A stretch of 60,317 nt of DNA, filler included. It is 7 parts of 7 records of this genome, joined end to end, with 100 filler letters (N's around TTAATTAATTAA, not from the genome) between each part and the next. Parts side by side here need not be neighbours in the genome. Positions count along the whole stretch, not along the records: positions 38,240 to 44,310 come from SRR31156797_29500; positions 44,411 to 53,747 come from SRR31156797_29508; 5 more parts are not named here. One strand, 5' to 3'. Below, piece after piece: positions 40,860-50,652 of the stretch (the first letter of the stretch is position 1; each line of letters begins with the position of its first letter). The translations under genes and the position numbers were made by a program. The notes beneath the pieces are model-generated. The model saw nothing but the letters and a program-made list of their open reading frames with translations. It was not told the DNA's origin and ran no database searches.

Positions 40860-42218
40860 CTACATGTATTCTCTTGAAAGATGTGATTTAAATTTCTCTC
40901 CCAGTTCATCAATTAAATCAACATAAAAAGTGAGATATGTTTTCATAGATTTTCTTTTAATATGACAGTATTCCATCAGTCGTTTTTCCGATTTTTCTCC
41001 TTGCCTTAATTCTGACACGGGAATACAAACATTACATATCTGAGATATATTGCATTTAGAACAATATCTATTAGCAGTATTATCAATGTCATTTATTAAA
41101 TTTTCAACCTTATCTCTGTCGATACCTACATTTACATTCCCTATTTCGTAAGGGCTATATCCTAACTTTTCACAAACATAAAAAATTCCTCTTTGATTTA
41201 CAAATAACTTTCTTGCTCCCGGGATGCACGTTTTATTATGCCTTATCACCTCATCTTCATGATATTCTGACCTCGACATTATCCTACAAAATATATCATC
41301 AAAAATAAAACTCAATACTCTCGGCACTTTCTTCCCATCCGAAATATATTTTCTATAATCACCTAACATTAATTCGAGTTTATTTTCAGAAATGCTCAAC
41401 CTTTTATCTTCGCAATTGGCTAAATCATTTCCTTTTACAAATTCTATTCTTACACTATTGTATGGGTAATTATCTCTAAAAAATTCATAAGATCTGTCAA
41501 AATCAGTAGGATTTGTAATTGTTGCAGAAAAAGATAACCTTTTTTTTCCAAAAGCCTTAATGCCTCTCATAATTTTATCAAAGGTTGGTTTTCTTCCAGA
41601 GGTTACTCTATATCTATCATGTACCTCTTTAGGACCATCGACACTTACGGCAACAAATACTTTGTTCTTTTTTAAGAAGCGCGCATATTTTTCTAGTAAT
41701 AATCCATTTGTAGATATGGAAAACATCAATTTTTCTGAATCATTATACTCCTCTATTGTTTTTCTTATCACATCAAAGTTCAGTAACGGTTCTCCGCCAT
41801 AAAATGAAATCCCTCTAATTGGATAAGTATCTTGAGAATGCTCTAAGAAAAATTCTATTGCTTTTCTTGCAGTATTCAAATCCATGTCAAAAGGCTGGTG
41901 TGTTCTTTCTCCTAAATAGCCTCCTCCAAATATGCAATAGCCACACCTCAAATTACATTTCTGGGTTCCTTCCAATATCAATACTTCTAATTGAGAATTT
42001 AATTTTGTATTAACTTCTTCACGATTAAACCCGAACCTAAATTGGAACTCCTCCGGCTGTATACTACCTTCTGAAATATCTTCGCTTGTTTTTACAATTC
42101 TTCCCGTTTTAGGGGAGTAATAAAATAGATTGTCCTTAAACAACAATCCCTTCATTTGGGGTACAGCAACACCCCCTTTATCCAATGAACCTGATGTCTT
42201 GTTCATAGTGGCAATCAT
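40860..42218 (-). CDS. Radical SAM/SPASM peptide maturase (CcpM/GG-Bacteroidales-like)
   Basis: TQKCNLRCGYC, FYGGEPLLNF, VSVDGP...HDRYR, CIPGARKLFV...CEK, CSKC...ICNVC...YC; true start may be a downstream Met (MNKTS or MKGLL). Confidence 0.88.
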   Translation of the reverse strand: MIATMNKTSGSLDKGGVAVPQMKGLLFKDNLFYYSPKTGRIVKTSEDISEGSIQPEEFQFRFGFNREEVNTKLNSQLEVLILEGTQKCNLRCGYCIFGGGYLGERTHQPFDMDLNTARKAIEFFLEHSQDTYPIRGISFYGGEPLLNFDVIRKTIEEYNDSEKLMFSISTNGLLLEKYARFLKKNKVFVAVSVDGPKEVHDRYRVTSGRKPTFDKIMRGIKAFGKKRLSFSATITNPTDFDRSYEFFRDNYPYNSVRIEFVKGNDLANCEDKRLSISENKLELMLGDYRKYISDGKKVPRVLSFIFDDIFCRIMSRSEYHEDEVIRHNKTCIPGARKLFVNQRGIFYVCEKLGYSPYEIGNVNVGIDRDKVENLINDIDNTANRYCSKCNISQICNVCIPVSELRQGEKSEKRLMEYCHIKRKSMKTYLTFYVDLIDELGEKFKSHLSREYM

Positions 42219-42493
42219 CTTACGGTCTACCCAGTCAACCGCCCCTCCTTCGATTAAATCAGCCTGGAACGTTTGCCAACAAGGCTTCTGCCGACAAGAA
42301 GGGTTACAATGCTATGAGTATACCATAAGAGTTAATTATATTGGCGTCTAATTCCCCGCTCATGGTGGAACTTCGGAGGAGGCGCCTCAGATTTTAACGA
42401 CGAAATAGTTGGCGTTGATTTTAAGGAGGCCAAATAGCCCCATCGGGCTTATTAGGTAACGCTAATGTTTTCAAACTATATTGACTAGCGTTG

Positions 42494-42787
42494 TTATTCT
42501 GACTTCGCGCGCTCGACGATAACCCGTCCCCTGCCTCGTCGAACGAGATAGCCGCCACGAGGAATCTTTAGCTTTTTTCCCTTAACCAGGGGTTCCAGAA
42601 TTTCAACAATCGTATTAACGTTTTGATCCTCTGGTTCTGCCTTCTCGCTACCGTATTGATCAAGCCATTCCAAAAAAGCCTTGTCGGCAATCTCCTGACC
42701 AAGGGACTTTCGTAACGCCGTGAGCTTTCGAATTTGACCCTTGGTTAGTGATTTTTCATCTATGGTTTTCTTAGTTTGTTTAGGCAT
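42494..42787 (-). CDS. Small basic hypothetical protein
   Basis: AAGGTG upstream; LTKGQIRKLTALRKSLG...IPRGGYLVRRGRGRVIVE. Confidence 0.7.
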   Translation of the reverse strand: MPKQTKKTIDEKSLTKGQIRKLTALRKSLGQEIADKAFLEWLDQYGSEKAEPEDQNVNTIVEILEPLVKGKKLKIPRGGYLVRRGRGRVIVERAKSE

Positions 42788-42877
42788 GGTTCACCTTCAG
42801 GAAAGTACAAGAAATCTCTTCCTAACGAAACGCAGAATACCCGTCAACTTGTTTCAATGATATATGTTCCTTCAAAC

Positions 42878-43396
42878 CTAAAGAATTCCTTTTATCAACA
42901 TCAGTAAAAAAGCGTGACGTTGAAATGCGTCTTCTTCGGATTCCTCCATTTCCTCACCCTCGTCTTCTTGTTTTGCAGCTTGTAAAAACATCTTATCAAA
43001 CGTTGTTACGATCTCTGGATTTTCAACTCTATGCGTTATGGAACTTGCACGCTCCCGATCACCAGATTCGGCAAGACTTAGGACCGACTGGAGCTTATCA
43101 CAATAAGTGATTATCTCTTCAATCAACTCGTTATTAGGATTTTCCAATCGAATTGCGTTTATGACGCTCTCATCTTTTTCCGATTTATCCGCAAGCAGAT
43201 CTGCGATTAAGTAGTAAAGAAAATACTCGATTAAAGCGGCGCGTGCTTCTCTATTCCGTGGATAACTTTTCAAAACTGTACGAACTAAATTTAGGGCATT
43301 CAATATCCGGCGCTGCGAGCATTCTAGTTCTGCTCTTCCAAGCATCATCCGGACAAGCTCACGGGATGAAAAATTGATTTGTAGGCTTTCAGCCAT
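42878..43396 (-). CDS. Hypothetical all-helical (TPR-like) protein
   Basis: Start MAESL overlaps the upstream stop; helical pattern, acidic tail. Confidence 0.55.
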   Translation of the reverse strand: MAESLQINFSSRELVRMMLGRAELECSQRRILNALNLVRTVLKSYPRNREARAALIEYFLYYLIADLLADKSEKDESVINAIRLENPNNELIEEIITYCDKLQSVLSLAESGDRERASSITHRVENPEIVTTFDKMFLQAAKQEDEGEEMEESEEDAFQRHAFLLMLIKGIL

Positions 43397-43739
43397 AGCG
43401 ATTCTGACAACGCTCAGAGAGAGAGTTAAATTCGGGTGCTTCTGAAGCTGCACGCACGATATTGCTCTTAGCCCTTCGGGCCATGCGCCTTACGCTCTCA
43501 AGGTCCACGGAATCCGATTTGATGGCGTTGTACTGGTCCCATACCTGGGTCCATGTCGCGTCGCATTTCAGAAGCCAAAACAAAACCATCATCTGGTCGC
43601 AGGAGCAGACAATAGCGGCCAGCTTAACGACTCCCTCTTTCAAGCTCTTTTCCACCTTTGGATCAGCAAGAACATCGAAATCGGTTATCGCGAGTCGCGC
43701 CAAAACCCGCCTAGCCAGATCGTCAACATAATCCCTCAT
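43389..43739 (-). CDS. Hypothetical protein, possible C-terminal HTH (sigma region 4-like)
   Basis: TWTQV...DLESVRRMARRAKSNI; AGGA upstream. Confidence 0.5.
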   Translation of the reverse strand: MRDYVDDLARRVLARLAITDFDVLADPKVEKSLKEGVVKLAAIVCSCDQMMVLFWLLKCDATWTQVWDQYNAIKSDSVDLESVRRMARRAKSNIVRAASEAPEFNSLSERCQNRYG

Positions 43740-43743
43740 CGTT

Positions 43744-43784
43744 CCTGTCCAAGCTGTCCAGACCGACCAACCCGTCCAACCTGA
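43744..43784. repeat. Imperfect 9-bp tandem repeat, about 4.5 units
   Basis: CCTGTCCAA GCTGTCCAG ACCGACCAA CCCGTCCAA CCTGA. Confidence 0.7.
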
Positions 43785-43882
43785 TCTTTACCTCGCCTAA
43801 CTTCCGTCTCAACCTGCCTCGGACGAAAAGGTTAACCGGCCATCAATCGCGTGGCAATCAACCACGCAAAAGGAACTGTGAA

Positions 43883-44179
43883 ATGAGAATGCAGGTTTCG
43901 AATTCAGAAGAACAAGAGATTGCTGATTTTTCCAATTCGTCGACAGCGGAATTGATGTCCTTTGTTCCCCAAGATGAGGGTATCGACATTCCTTGTCCTC
44001 AATATCCATGGGGTTTGGAGCAATTTGAGAAACTTAAAGACAGCATCCGATTTACGATTTGGCTTTGTTTCACAACCTGCGTTTTGTTGGCCGGTATTTT
44101 CTCAGCTCTGTTCACCTATCAATTCCTCGTCCATTTGTGGAGTTGGTGCGAGAGGGTTCTATTCCCGGGAAGTTGGTAA
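43883..44179 (+). CDS. Small hypothetical membrane protein
   Basis: AAGGA upstream; C-terminal hydrophobic helix. Confidence 0.5.
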   Translation: MRMQVSNSEEQEIADFSNSSTAELMSFVPQDEGIDIPCPQYPWGLEQFEKLKDSIRFTIWLCFTTCVLLAGIFSALFTYQFLVHLWSWCERVLFPGSW

Positions 44180-44410
44180 CCGAACCGCAACAAAGAGGAA
44201 GGTGGATGATGAAACTGATTCGTAGCGAGCGGAAACAGTCCTTTGTCCATGATCCGTGGCAAGGCAACGGAACTCTATTTCAAAGGGAAGATGTTGCCCA
44301 TTTCCTATCGNNNNNNNNNNNNNNNNNNNNNNNNNNNNNNNNNNNNNNNNNNNNTTAATTAATTAANNNNNNNNNNNNNNNNNNNNNNNNNNNNNNNNNN
44401 NNNNNNNNNN

Positions 44411-44584
44411 ATTAAAGCTTTGTATTCTTAATAGAAAACCGGTCAAGACCAGCGAAATAATCTGTGTAGTTTTATAAATAGGATTTTTCCTTTTGTCTGT
44501 AATATGTGATATTCCCTTATCGATATGGTAAACGTTTTTTATATATTTTATCAGCTTTATAAAGTAGTTATCTCTCGAATTCAT
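44411..44584 (-). mobile_element. N-terminal fragment of a DDE-type transposase; contig ends inside it
   Basis: ...ITDKRKNPIYKTTQIISLVLTGFLLRIQSFN resembles the D-x-R N-terminus of IS4/ISAs1-like transposases. Confidence 0.6.
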
Positions 44585-44754
44585 CTGACAATTATATCAA
44601 ATCTTCAATTGTCGTGCAAAGCCATGAAAAACCTGCGAATTTGATACATCTGAAAACATGCTGATAAACGGCTGTTTAAGCCGTTTTCTGAGTGTAGAGC
44701 CGAAATCCCTCTCACCATTCTGTACTTTGGATTTTGCCTTTTCTATATCTTTAC

Positions 44755-46548
44755 CTACTTTTTATATAGCGCTCCGTAAGTTGAGCAAGCTCTAAAATCC
44801 GCACCTTCCATATCCTTAGTGCCATATGCTGCCCATGCCTTTGGTCGGAAAATTCTTTCTTCTTTTACATTATGCATAGACACTGGTATTCTCAGCATGG
44901 ATGCTAATGTAATCAGTTGGTCGCCTATATGTCCATAACTGATTGCTCCGTGGTTTGCACCCCAGTTGTTCATCACTGAATATACATCCTTGAACACACC
45001 TTCTCCCGTTAATTTAGGCACAAAATATGTCGTAGGCCATGAGGGATCTGTTCTCATATCTATTTTTGCATGTACTTCTTGCGGCAACTGTGTTGTATAT
45101 CCTTCTGCTATCTGCAACACTGGTCCTAACCCTTTTATAATATTAATGCGTGACATCGTTACAGGCATATCACCAGCGGAATAGAATCTTGAAGAAAATC
45201 CGCCGCCTCTAAAATATCCTGCATTAGCCGGACAGAATTCTGTTGCTTCTAAGCATCTCTTTGCTTCTGCCTCTGTAATATCCCAGTATGGTTTCATGCA
45301 TGAATTGCCATTTTTATCTATTTGCTGACCTGTTCCGTCTAATGTTGTAGCACCTGAATTAATCAGATGAATTATACCGTCTTTTGCAATACCTGTTAGC
45401 TCATATCCTGTTACTCGTTTCACAGCCTCAGGACTCCAGTATGTTCTTACATCGCTAAATATCTGAGCTGTACCTGTCAACAAATGGCCTAATAGCATCG
45501 GTACACCGTTTAAGCTGTCATTTTCCGTTGCAACAATGTACGCTTCACGTATGCCGTCCCAGTCAAATGATGTATTTAATATTATCTCTAAAAAATCACC
45601 ATTTGGCATATAATCAGTCCATTGACGCTGACCTTGAAAGCCTGCCAAAAGCGCATTATGCCCTAATGCTTCTTCTCCGTATCCCAGCTCTTTAAGCTTT
45701 GGATTACCTACCATCATATCTCTAAAGATTAGCACCATTTTAACAACATATTCCCAATGCTTATCTAAGTCTTTGCGTTCAAATTTCATGCTGTCGGGGT
45801 TATAATCTTTGCCCTCTTTGCAGTTTTCCATTACCCATTTATACGCTTTTTCATATTCTTTACTATCATATATCTCTTCTTTAATGCGTCTATCAATTTC
45901 ACACATATCGACAAACTCTGTTCTCATGCCAAGGTAATCTGCAAAGAAATCAGGGTTTACCAAACTACCTGCAATCCCCATAGATACAGAGCCTACTGCA
46001 AGATAAGAAGTGTCTTTCATCGTGGCTACTGCAATGCCTGCCTTAACAAAAAGCAGAATTTTCTCTTGAACATCTTCCGGAATACTTGTATCATCATTAT
46101 CCTGAACATCACGACCATAAATACTGAATACTGGTAATCCCATTTGGTCATGACCTGCTGCTGCAGCTGCCAAGTACACTGCCCCTGGTCTTTCTGTTCC
46201 GTTAAATCCCCATATGGCTTTTGGGCGAAGAGTATTCATGTCTATTGTTTCTGTTCCATAACACCAACAAGGGGTAACAGTCAAAGACAATCCAACACCT
46301 TCTCTTTGGAATTTTTCCTCGCACATTGCAGCCTCCGCTACACCACCAATGCAAGTATCTGCAATAATACACTCAACACTTTCTCCGCTTGCATGGCGAA
46401 GATTATCTTTAATCAATTTCGCTACTCTTTCTGCCATTCCCATTGTTTGTGCTTCCAGCGATTCTCGAACACCTCGTTCTCTACCGTCTATCGTTGGACG
46501 AATTCCCACTTTTGGCAGACTTTTATGTAGCCTGAATTTGTTTTTCAT
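44755..46548 (-). CDS. fucI: L-fucose (D-arabinose) isomerase
   Basis: [57 protein letters not shown]. Confidence 0.96.
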   Translation of the reverse strand: MKNKFRLHKSLPKVGIRPTIDGRERGVRESLEAQTMGMAERVAKLIKDNLRHASGESVECIIADTCIGGVAEAAMCEEKFQREGVGLSLTVTPCWCYGTETIDMNTLRPKAIWGFNGTERPGAVYLAAAAAGHDQMGLPVFSIYGRDVQDNDDTSIPEDVQEKILLFVKAGIAVATMKDTSYLAVGSVSMGIAGSLVNPDFFADYLGMRTEFVDMCEIDRRIKEEIYDSKEYEKAYKWVMENCKEGKDYNPDSMKFERKDLDKHWEYVVKMVLIFRDMMVGNPKLKELGYGEEALGHNALLAGFQGQRQWTDYMPNGDFLEIILNTSFDWDGIREAYIVATENDSLNGVPMLLGHLLTGTAQIFSDVRTYWSPEAVKRVTGYELTGIAKDGIIHLINSGATTLDGTGQQIDKNGNSCMKPYWDITEAEAKRCLEATEFCPANAGYFRGGGFSSRFYSAGDMPVTMSRINIIKGLGPVLQIAEGYTTQLPQEVHAKIDMRTDPSWPTTYFVPKLTGEGVFKDVYSVMNNWGANHGAISYGHIGDQLITLASMLRIPVSMHNVKEERIFRPKAWAAYGTKDMEGADFRACSTYGALYKK

Positions 46549-46718
46549 TAACTTGCCCTCCTAGTTTTGATGTCTTGTATTGTATTTTGGAATCTGTTGC
46601 AAGTAATTTCACATGCCATCATATGATATAGTTCTCATACAATTTTTCACAAATATTATGTCATATATTCATTACCTTAGCATTATTACAAGATTTTTTT
46701 ACAGCAGGAGTTAACAAA

Positions 46719-47477
46719 TTAATATTGTCCTGCAAAATGCTTTGATATCTCTGAAAGTTTATATGCATACCTTTCAATATTCTCATCAGTCATTCTTAGA
46801 GATGGTCCTGTAATACTTATAGCCATATTATGCCTTTTATTTTTGTCTGGAATTGAAACAGCTACACATCTAATACCATATTCATGCTCCATATTATCAA
46901 CAGAATAACCTCTTTTGATAATGTTTTGAAGCTCGACTTTCAATCCTTCGCCATCTGTAATAGTATAATCTGTACAAGCGGTTAAACCATCACTAATTAT
47001 TTCGTCAATCATATCTGCGTTAGAATACGCCAGCATGGCTTTTCCTATTCCGGTACAATACAAAGGTGCTTTGTATCCAACAACATTTCCTTCTTTCATA
47101 GAGCCGTTTGGATAGCAAGAATCAAGATAAATTATACTTTTACCTGATATTGCACCAATATAGGATATTTCGCCGATTTCTTCTGCTAATTCCTTTAGAC
47201 GATTCTTTATTGAGTTCAATATGTCAAAAGTGCTGGAATAAACATGACTCAATTCCAAAACTTTTGAGCCTAATCTATATTTTTCTGTCTTTGTACTCTT
47301 ACGTAAATAACCACAATACTCAAATGTAGAAACAATACTATGAACACTGCTTTTAGACATTCCCGTCAACTTTGAAAGCTCAGTTATTCCCAAGTTTGGT
47401 GTTTCCACACTAAAATGCCCTATTAGTTTTAATGCTTTATATAACGATTTTACTTTTACATTAGGATCATCAATCAT
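46719..47477 (-). CDS. IclR family transcriptional regulator
   Basis: VKSLYKALKL HTH, PLYCTGIGKAML, RGYSVDNMEHEYGIRCVAV. Confidence 0.93.
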   Translation of the reverse strand: MIDDPNVKVKSLYKALKLIGHFSVETPNLGITELSKLTGMSKSSVHSIVSTFEYCGYLRKSTKTEKYRLGSKVLELSHVYSSTFDILNSIKNRLKELAEEIGEISYIGAISGKSIIYLDSCYPNGSMKEGNVVGYKAPLYCTGIGKAMLAYSNADMIDEIISDGLTACTDYTITDGEGLKVELQNIIKRGYSVDNMEHEYGIRCVAVSIPDKNKRHNMAISITGPSLRMTDENIERYAYKLSEISKHFAGQY

Positions 47478-47649
47478 TTTTCCCCCAACCTTCTTTTTCT
47501 AATTTTGATTCCTTTATAAACCAATAAATATATTATATCACTATACATGCAATATTGTATTTACTTATATAACAATTCTCAGCATAAAACAATATTTTTT
47601 AGTATCACAAAATAATTAACACTGTATAAATCAGAATTAAAACTTGTAT

Positions 47650-49173
47650 CTATCTATTAGAAACTCTTTCTTTCATTTCTTCTATTACTTTTTCATCGGT
47701 GATAAATTCATTATACTCGTCAAAATATTTGCGTATCCATCTTGTTGCATTTTCATATTGTTTATTCATCTTTTGTTCGTCTCTAAATACGTTTGCACCA
47801 ATTCCAATCAATTTAGACTGTAGCTCCTTAACGTCAAGCTGTCTTGGCTGTATACCTTTTAGTGCACACATAGCTGCTGAAACACCAGATGCTTGTCCAA
47901 TTCCCATTATTCCGCCCTGGGTTCTGTATGAGCCGTGGGCTTCGCTTGTACCTGATATACATCTTCCAGAAAGAACTAATCCGTCAATTGTTTTTGGCAC
48001 AATAGACCTATACGGAATATCGTACGTATCTTTTAAATTAACCCATGAACCACCCTGACCTTCTTCACCGTATCCGGCGGCACCATTGTGGTTGTGAATA
48101 TCAATAGGAAAATACCCTCTTGAAATGACATCATCGAATTTTCTCCCGTTGACAACATCATCAGCAGTTAATGTATATTTTCCCACAATATGACGACTCT
48201 CTCTTATTCCTAACTCGCTGCTTGTTACACTAACATATGATTTTTCAAATCCCGGTACGTTTGCTACCATGAATTCTGATACAGATTCGATTTGTCTTCT
48301 ACCGTCAATTTCTCCCAAAGTACGCTGCTTGACATCTGTTGCATCAATTCCGCTCACTCTTGTTGAATTAAAATGAATGCTATTTGGGTGAATTCCATTA
48401 AGAAGCAATATAGAATCTCTGCCAAAAACAAGCTCTCCGCTTTCAACAGATTTCTCTACTAATGATTTAAAGCCTTGAGCAACAAAATATCTTTGCTTCA
48501 ATCTATCGCTGAATTCACGAATTGGAGCTACATCTGTTTTCCATTCAAAATCATTAGGATTTTTAAGGATATATTGATATAGTCTGTCTGTATCTACATC
48601 CACCATTTCAAACATGGCAGATGCAGGCTGCATTGAGTTTTTGTTTTCATCGCCAAGGCTGAAGTTCTCTCCTGCCAATACACTTACATCGCCGTCACCT
48701 GTTGCATCAACAACAATCTTCGAATCAACCCCAATACTACCTGACTTATTCACAGCCAATACGCCTATTACTTTATTATCCTTCTTTTTAACCTCTCCTA
48801 TAAATGAATGATATAGAATATCCACTTTAGCTTCCAGCAGCATTTCCACTGCTACATACTTATACTTTTCCCTATCATAAAAACCCAGCGAATCTCCGCT
48901 TCCATATGGATTAAGGGTTTTCATATGCCCAGTACTGCCGTTTGCCTCAACAAGCCTGTCCATAAATTCCTGCGGAATTCCCTCAATAACTTGCTCATCT
49001 TTAAAATGAAATGGCGAAATCGGTCCCAGTACAGATGCCGTCGCCGCTCCTCCAAGAAAACCATTTTTTTCAATTATAAGTGTTTGTGCCCCTATTCTTG
49101 CAGATGCCAATGCTGCCATAATTCCAGCCGGTCCACCTCCAACAATAATAACATCATAACTTTGTTTTATCAT
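47650..49173 (-). CDS. FAD-dependent oxidoreductase (FAD_oxidored-type), substrate unknown
   Basis: VGGGPAG, VVDATGDGD, GIRESRHIVG, YDIPYRSIVP, SGRCIS, GQASG. Confidence 0.88.
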   Translation of the reverse strand: MIKQSYDVIIVGGGPAGIMAALASARIGAQTLIIEKNGFLGGAATASVLGPISPFHFKDEQVIEGIPQEFMDRLVEANGSTGHMKTLNPYGSGDSLGFYDREKYKYVAVEMLLEAKVDILYHSFIGEVKKKDNKVIGVLAVNKSGSIGVDSKIVVDATGDGDVSVLAGENFSLGDENKNSMQPASAMFEMVDVDTDRLYQYILKNPNDFEWKTDVAPIREFSDRLKQRYFVAQGFKSLVEKSVESGELVFGRDSILLLNGIHPNSIHFNSTRVSGIDATDVKQRTLGEIDGRRQIESVSEFMVANVPGFEKSYVSVTSSELGIRESRHIVGKYTLTADDVVNGRKFDDVISRGYFPIDIHNHNGAAGYGEEGQGGSWVNLKDTYDIPYRSIVPKTIDGLVLSGRCISGTSEAHGSYRTQGGIMGIGQASGVSAAMCALKGIQPRQLDVKELQSKLIGIGANVFRDEQKMNKQYENATRWIRKYFDEYNEFITDEKVIEEMKERVSNR

Positions 49174-49199
49174 ACTTAATGCTCCAATAATATTTGTAT

Positions 49200-49237
49200 T
49201 ACAATTTCCTTGACATAGTTATGCCAAGGAAATTGTA
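49200..49237 (-). terminator. Intergenic hairpin after the substrate-binding protein gene (partial terminator or mRNA stabiliser)
   Basis: TACAATTTCCTTG-ACATAGTTATGC-CAAGGAAATTGTA. Confidence 0.6.
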
Positions 49238-49257
49238 GTTAATCATTTAGTAATTTT

Positions 49258-50580
49258 TTATTTACCATTCTTCTCGTTATACCAATTTGCTACTTCATCC
49301 AATTCTGATTGAGCGTCAGCATCTTGGAATATTACTCTTTGAGCAGCCTGTACCAAATTAATTGACAGCTCTGTATAATCTTCAGGATAGAATACTACAG
49401 AACCAGTTGCTGCATAGTTACTCCAAGACTGTAATTCATCGTAATTGCTTAAAGCCTTAATTTCTTCATCTTCATAAATAGAAGTTCTTACAGTCATAAC
49501 ATTTGCCATTAACCATTTCTTTTGGTTTTCCTCACTATAGAAATACTTAATGAAATCAAATGATGCATCAGGATCTTGTGCGTATGCACCTATACCAAGG
49601 CTTTGTCCTGCTACTAGAGGAGGTGAAGGAACGCCTTCTTCAAATCCCGGAATAGGAGCTGATGCGATATTGTCGCTCAAATCAGATGCTTTAATAGCTG
49701 ATGCTCTTTGTGTTCCAACATTACATGATAGTATTGTACCGGATTTAAATCCATCTACAGTTTCGTCGACACCAAGTCCTAGTGTTGTTTTGTCCATAGC
49801 ACTTGCGTCAACCAAACTCTTGAAATATTCTAATGTCTGAACACCTGCTTCAGTATTGAATACAGCTTTTCCATTTTCGTCAAGAAGTTTTCCACTGGCT
49901 GAACGCAATATTGGAATAAATGTTTCCATAAATCCTGCACCGTTTCCTGCATCAGACAATCCCATTGCAAATCCTAGTGACATTTCAGAAGTATTTTCAC
50001 TAGCAGCAGTCAACAATTCATCCAAGCTATTTGGTGCACTGTCAAAAATATCTGTCCTGTACCAATATAGGAATGTTCTGCTTTCCCAAGGCAAAGTATA
50101 AATTTCTCCGCCGATTTTCAAATCTTCTGCTTTATAAACATAGTCCGGCATCTCACCAATAAAGCTTTCTGCATATTCTGTCATAGGTTGTACTGTTCCT
50201 GCATTTACATGTGTGTTTAGCATATCAGTATAGATGTTGATTATATCGGGACCTGTGCCAGATGCTGCTGCCTGTATGCATTGAGATTCAAACTTACTCC
50301 AATGTATGCTCTCAACAGTTACAGTGTTTCCATACTCATTTATACTATTGTACTCTTCTACAATCTCCTTTAAAACAACATTTCTTGGATCTTCTTCAGA
50401 TTCTGGATTCAAGAAAATCCAAAGCGTCATATCTACACCCTCAGCACTTTGTTCGTCGACATTAGTTCCAGAATCACTTGTTACATCAGGACTTGGAGTA
50501 TCAACTGATTCATCACCATTACAAGCTGCTAATGAGAAAACCATCACTAGAGCCAATAAAATTAATAACCCTTTTTTCAT
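49258..50580 (-). CDS. Sugar ABC transporter substrate-binding lipoprotein
   Basis: Lipobox LAAC, GTGPDI, IYTLPW...YWYRTD. Confidence 0.9.
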   Translation of the reverse strand: MKKGLLILLALVMVFSLAACNGDESVDTPSPDVTSDSGTNVDEQSAEGVDMTLWIFLNPESEEDPRNVVLKEIVEEYNSINEYGNTVTVESIHWSKFESQCIQAAASGTGPDIINIYTDMLNTHVNAGTVQPMTEYAESFIGEMPDYVYKAEDLKIGGEIYTLPWESRTFLYWYRTDIFDSAPNSLDELLTAASENTSEMSLGFAMGLSDAGNGAGFMETFIPILRSASGKLLDENGKAVFNTEAGVQTLEYFKSLVDASAMDKTTLGLGVDETVDGFKSGTILSCNVGTQRASAIKASDLSDNIASAPIPGFEEGVPSPPLVAGQSLGIGAYAQDPDASFDFIKYFYSEENQKKWLMANVMTVRTSIYEDEEIKALSNYDELQSWSNYAATGSVVFYPEDYTELSINLVQAAQRVIFQDADAQSELDEVANWYNEKNGK

Positions 50581-50652
50581 ATTTATCTCCTCGCTTTTCT
50601 TTTATTTAGCAGTAGGATTATATTATCCGCCTGCTTAAAATTTTGTACGTTC

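Noticed and set aside
42219-42311. Cys-containing in-frame stretch (HCNPSCRQKPCWQ...) upstream of the radical SAM gene as a second precursor
   Set aside because: Bounded by an in-frame TAG with no start codon; not supportable as a gene
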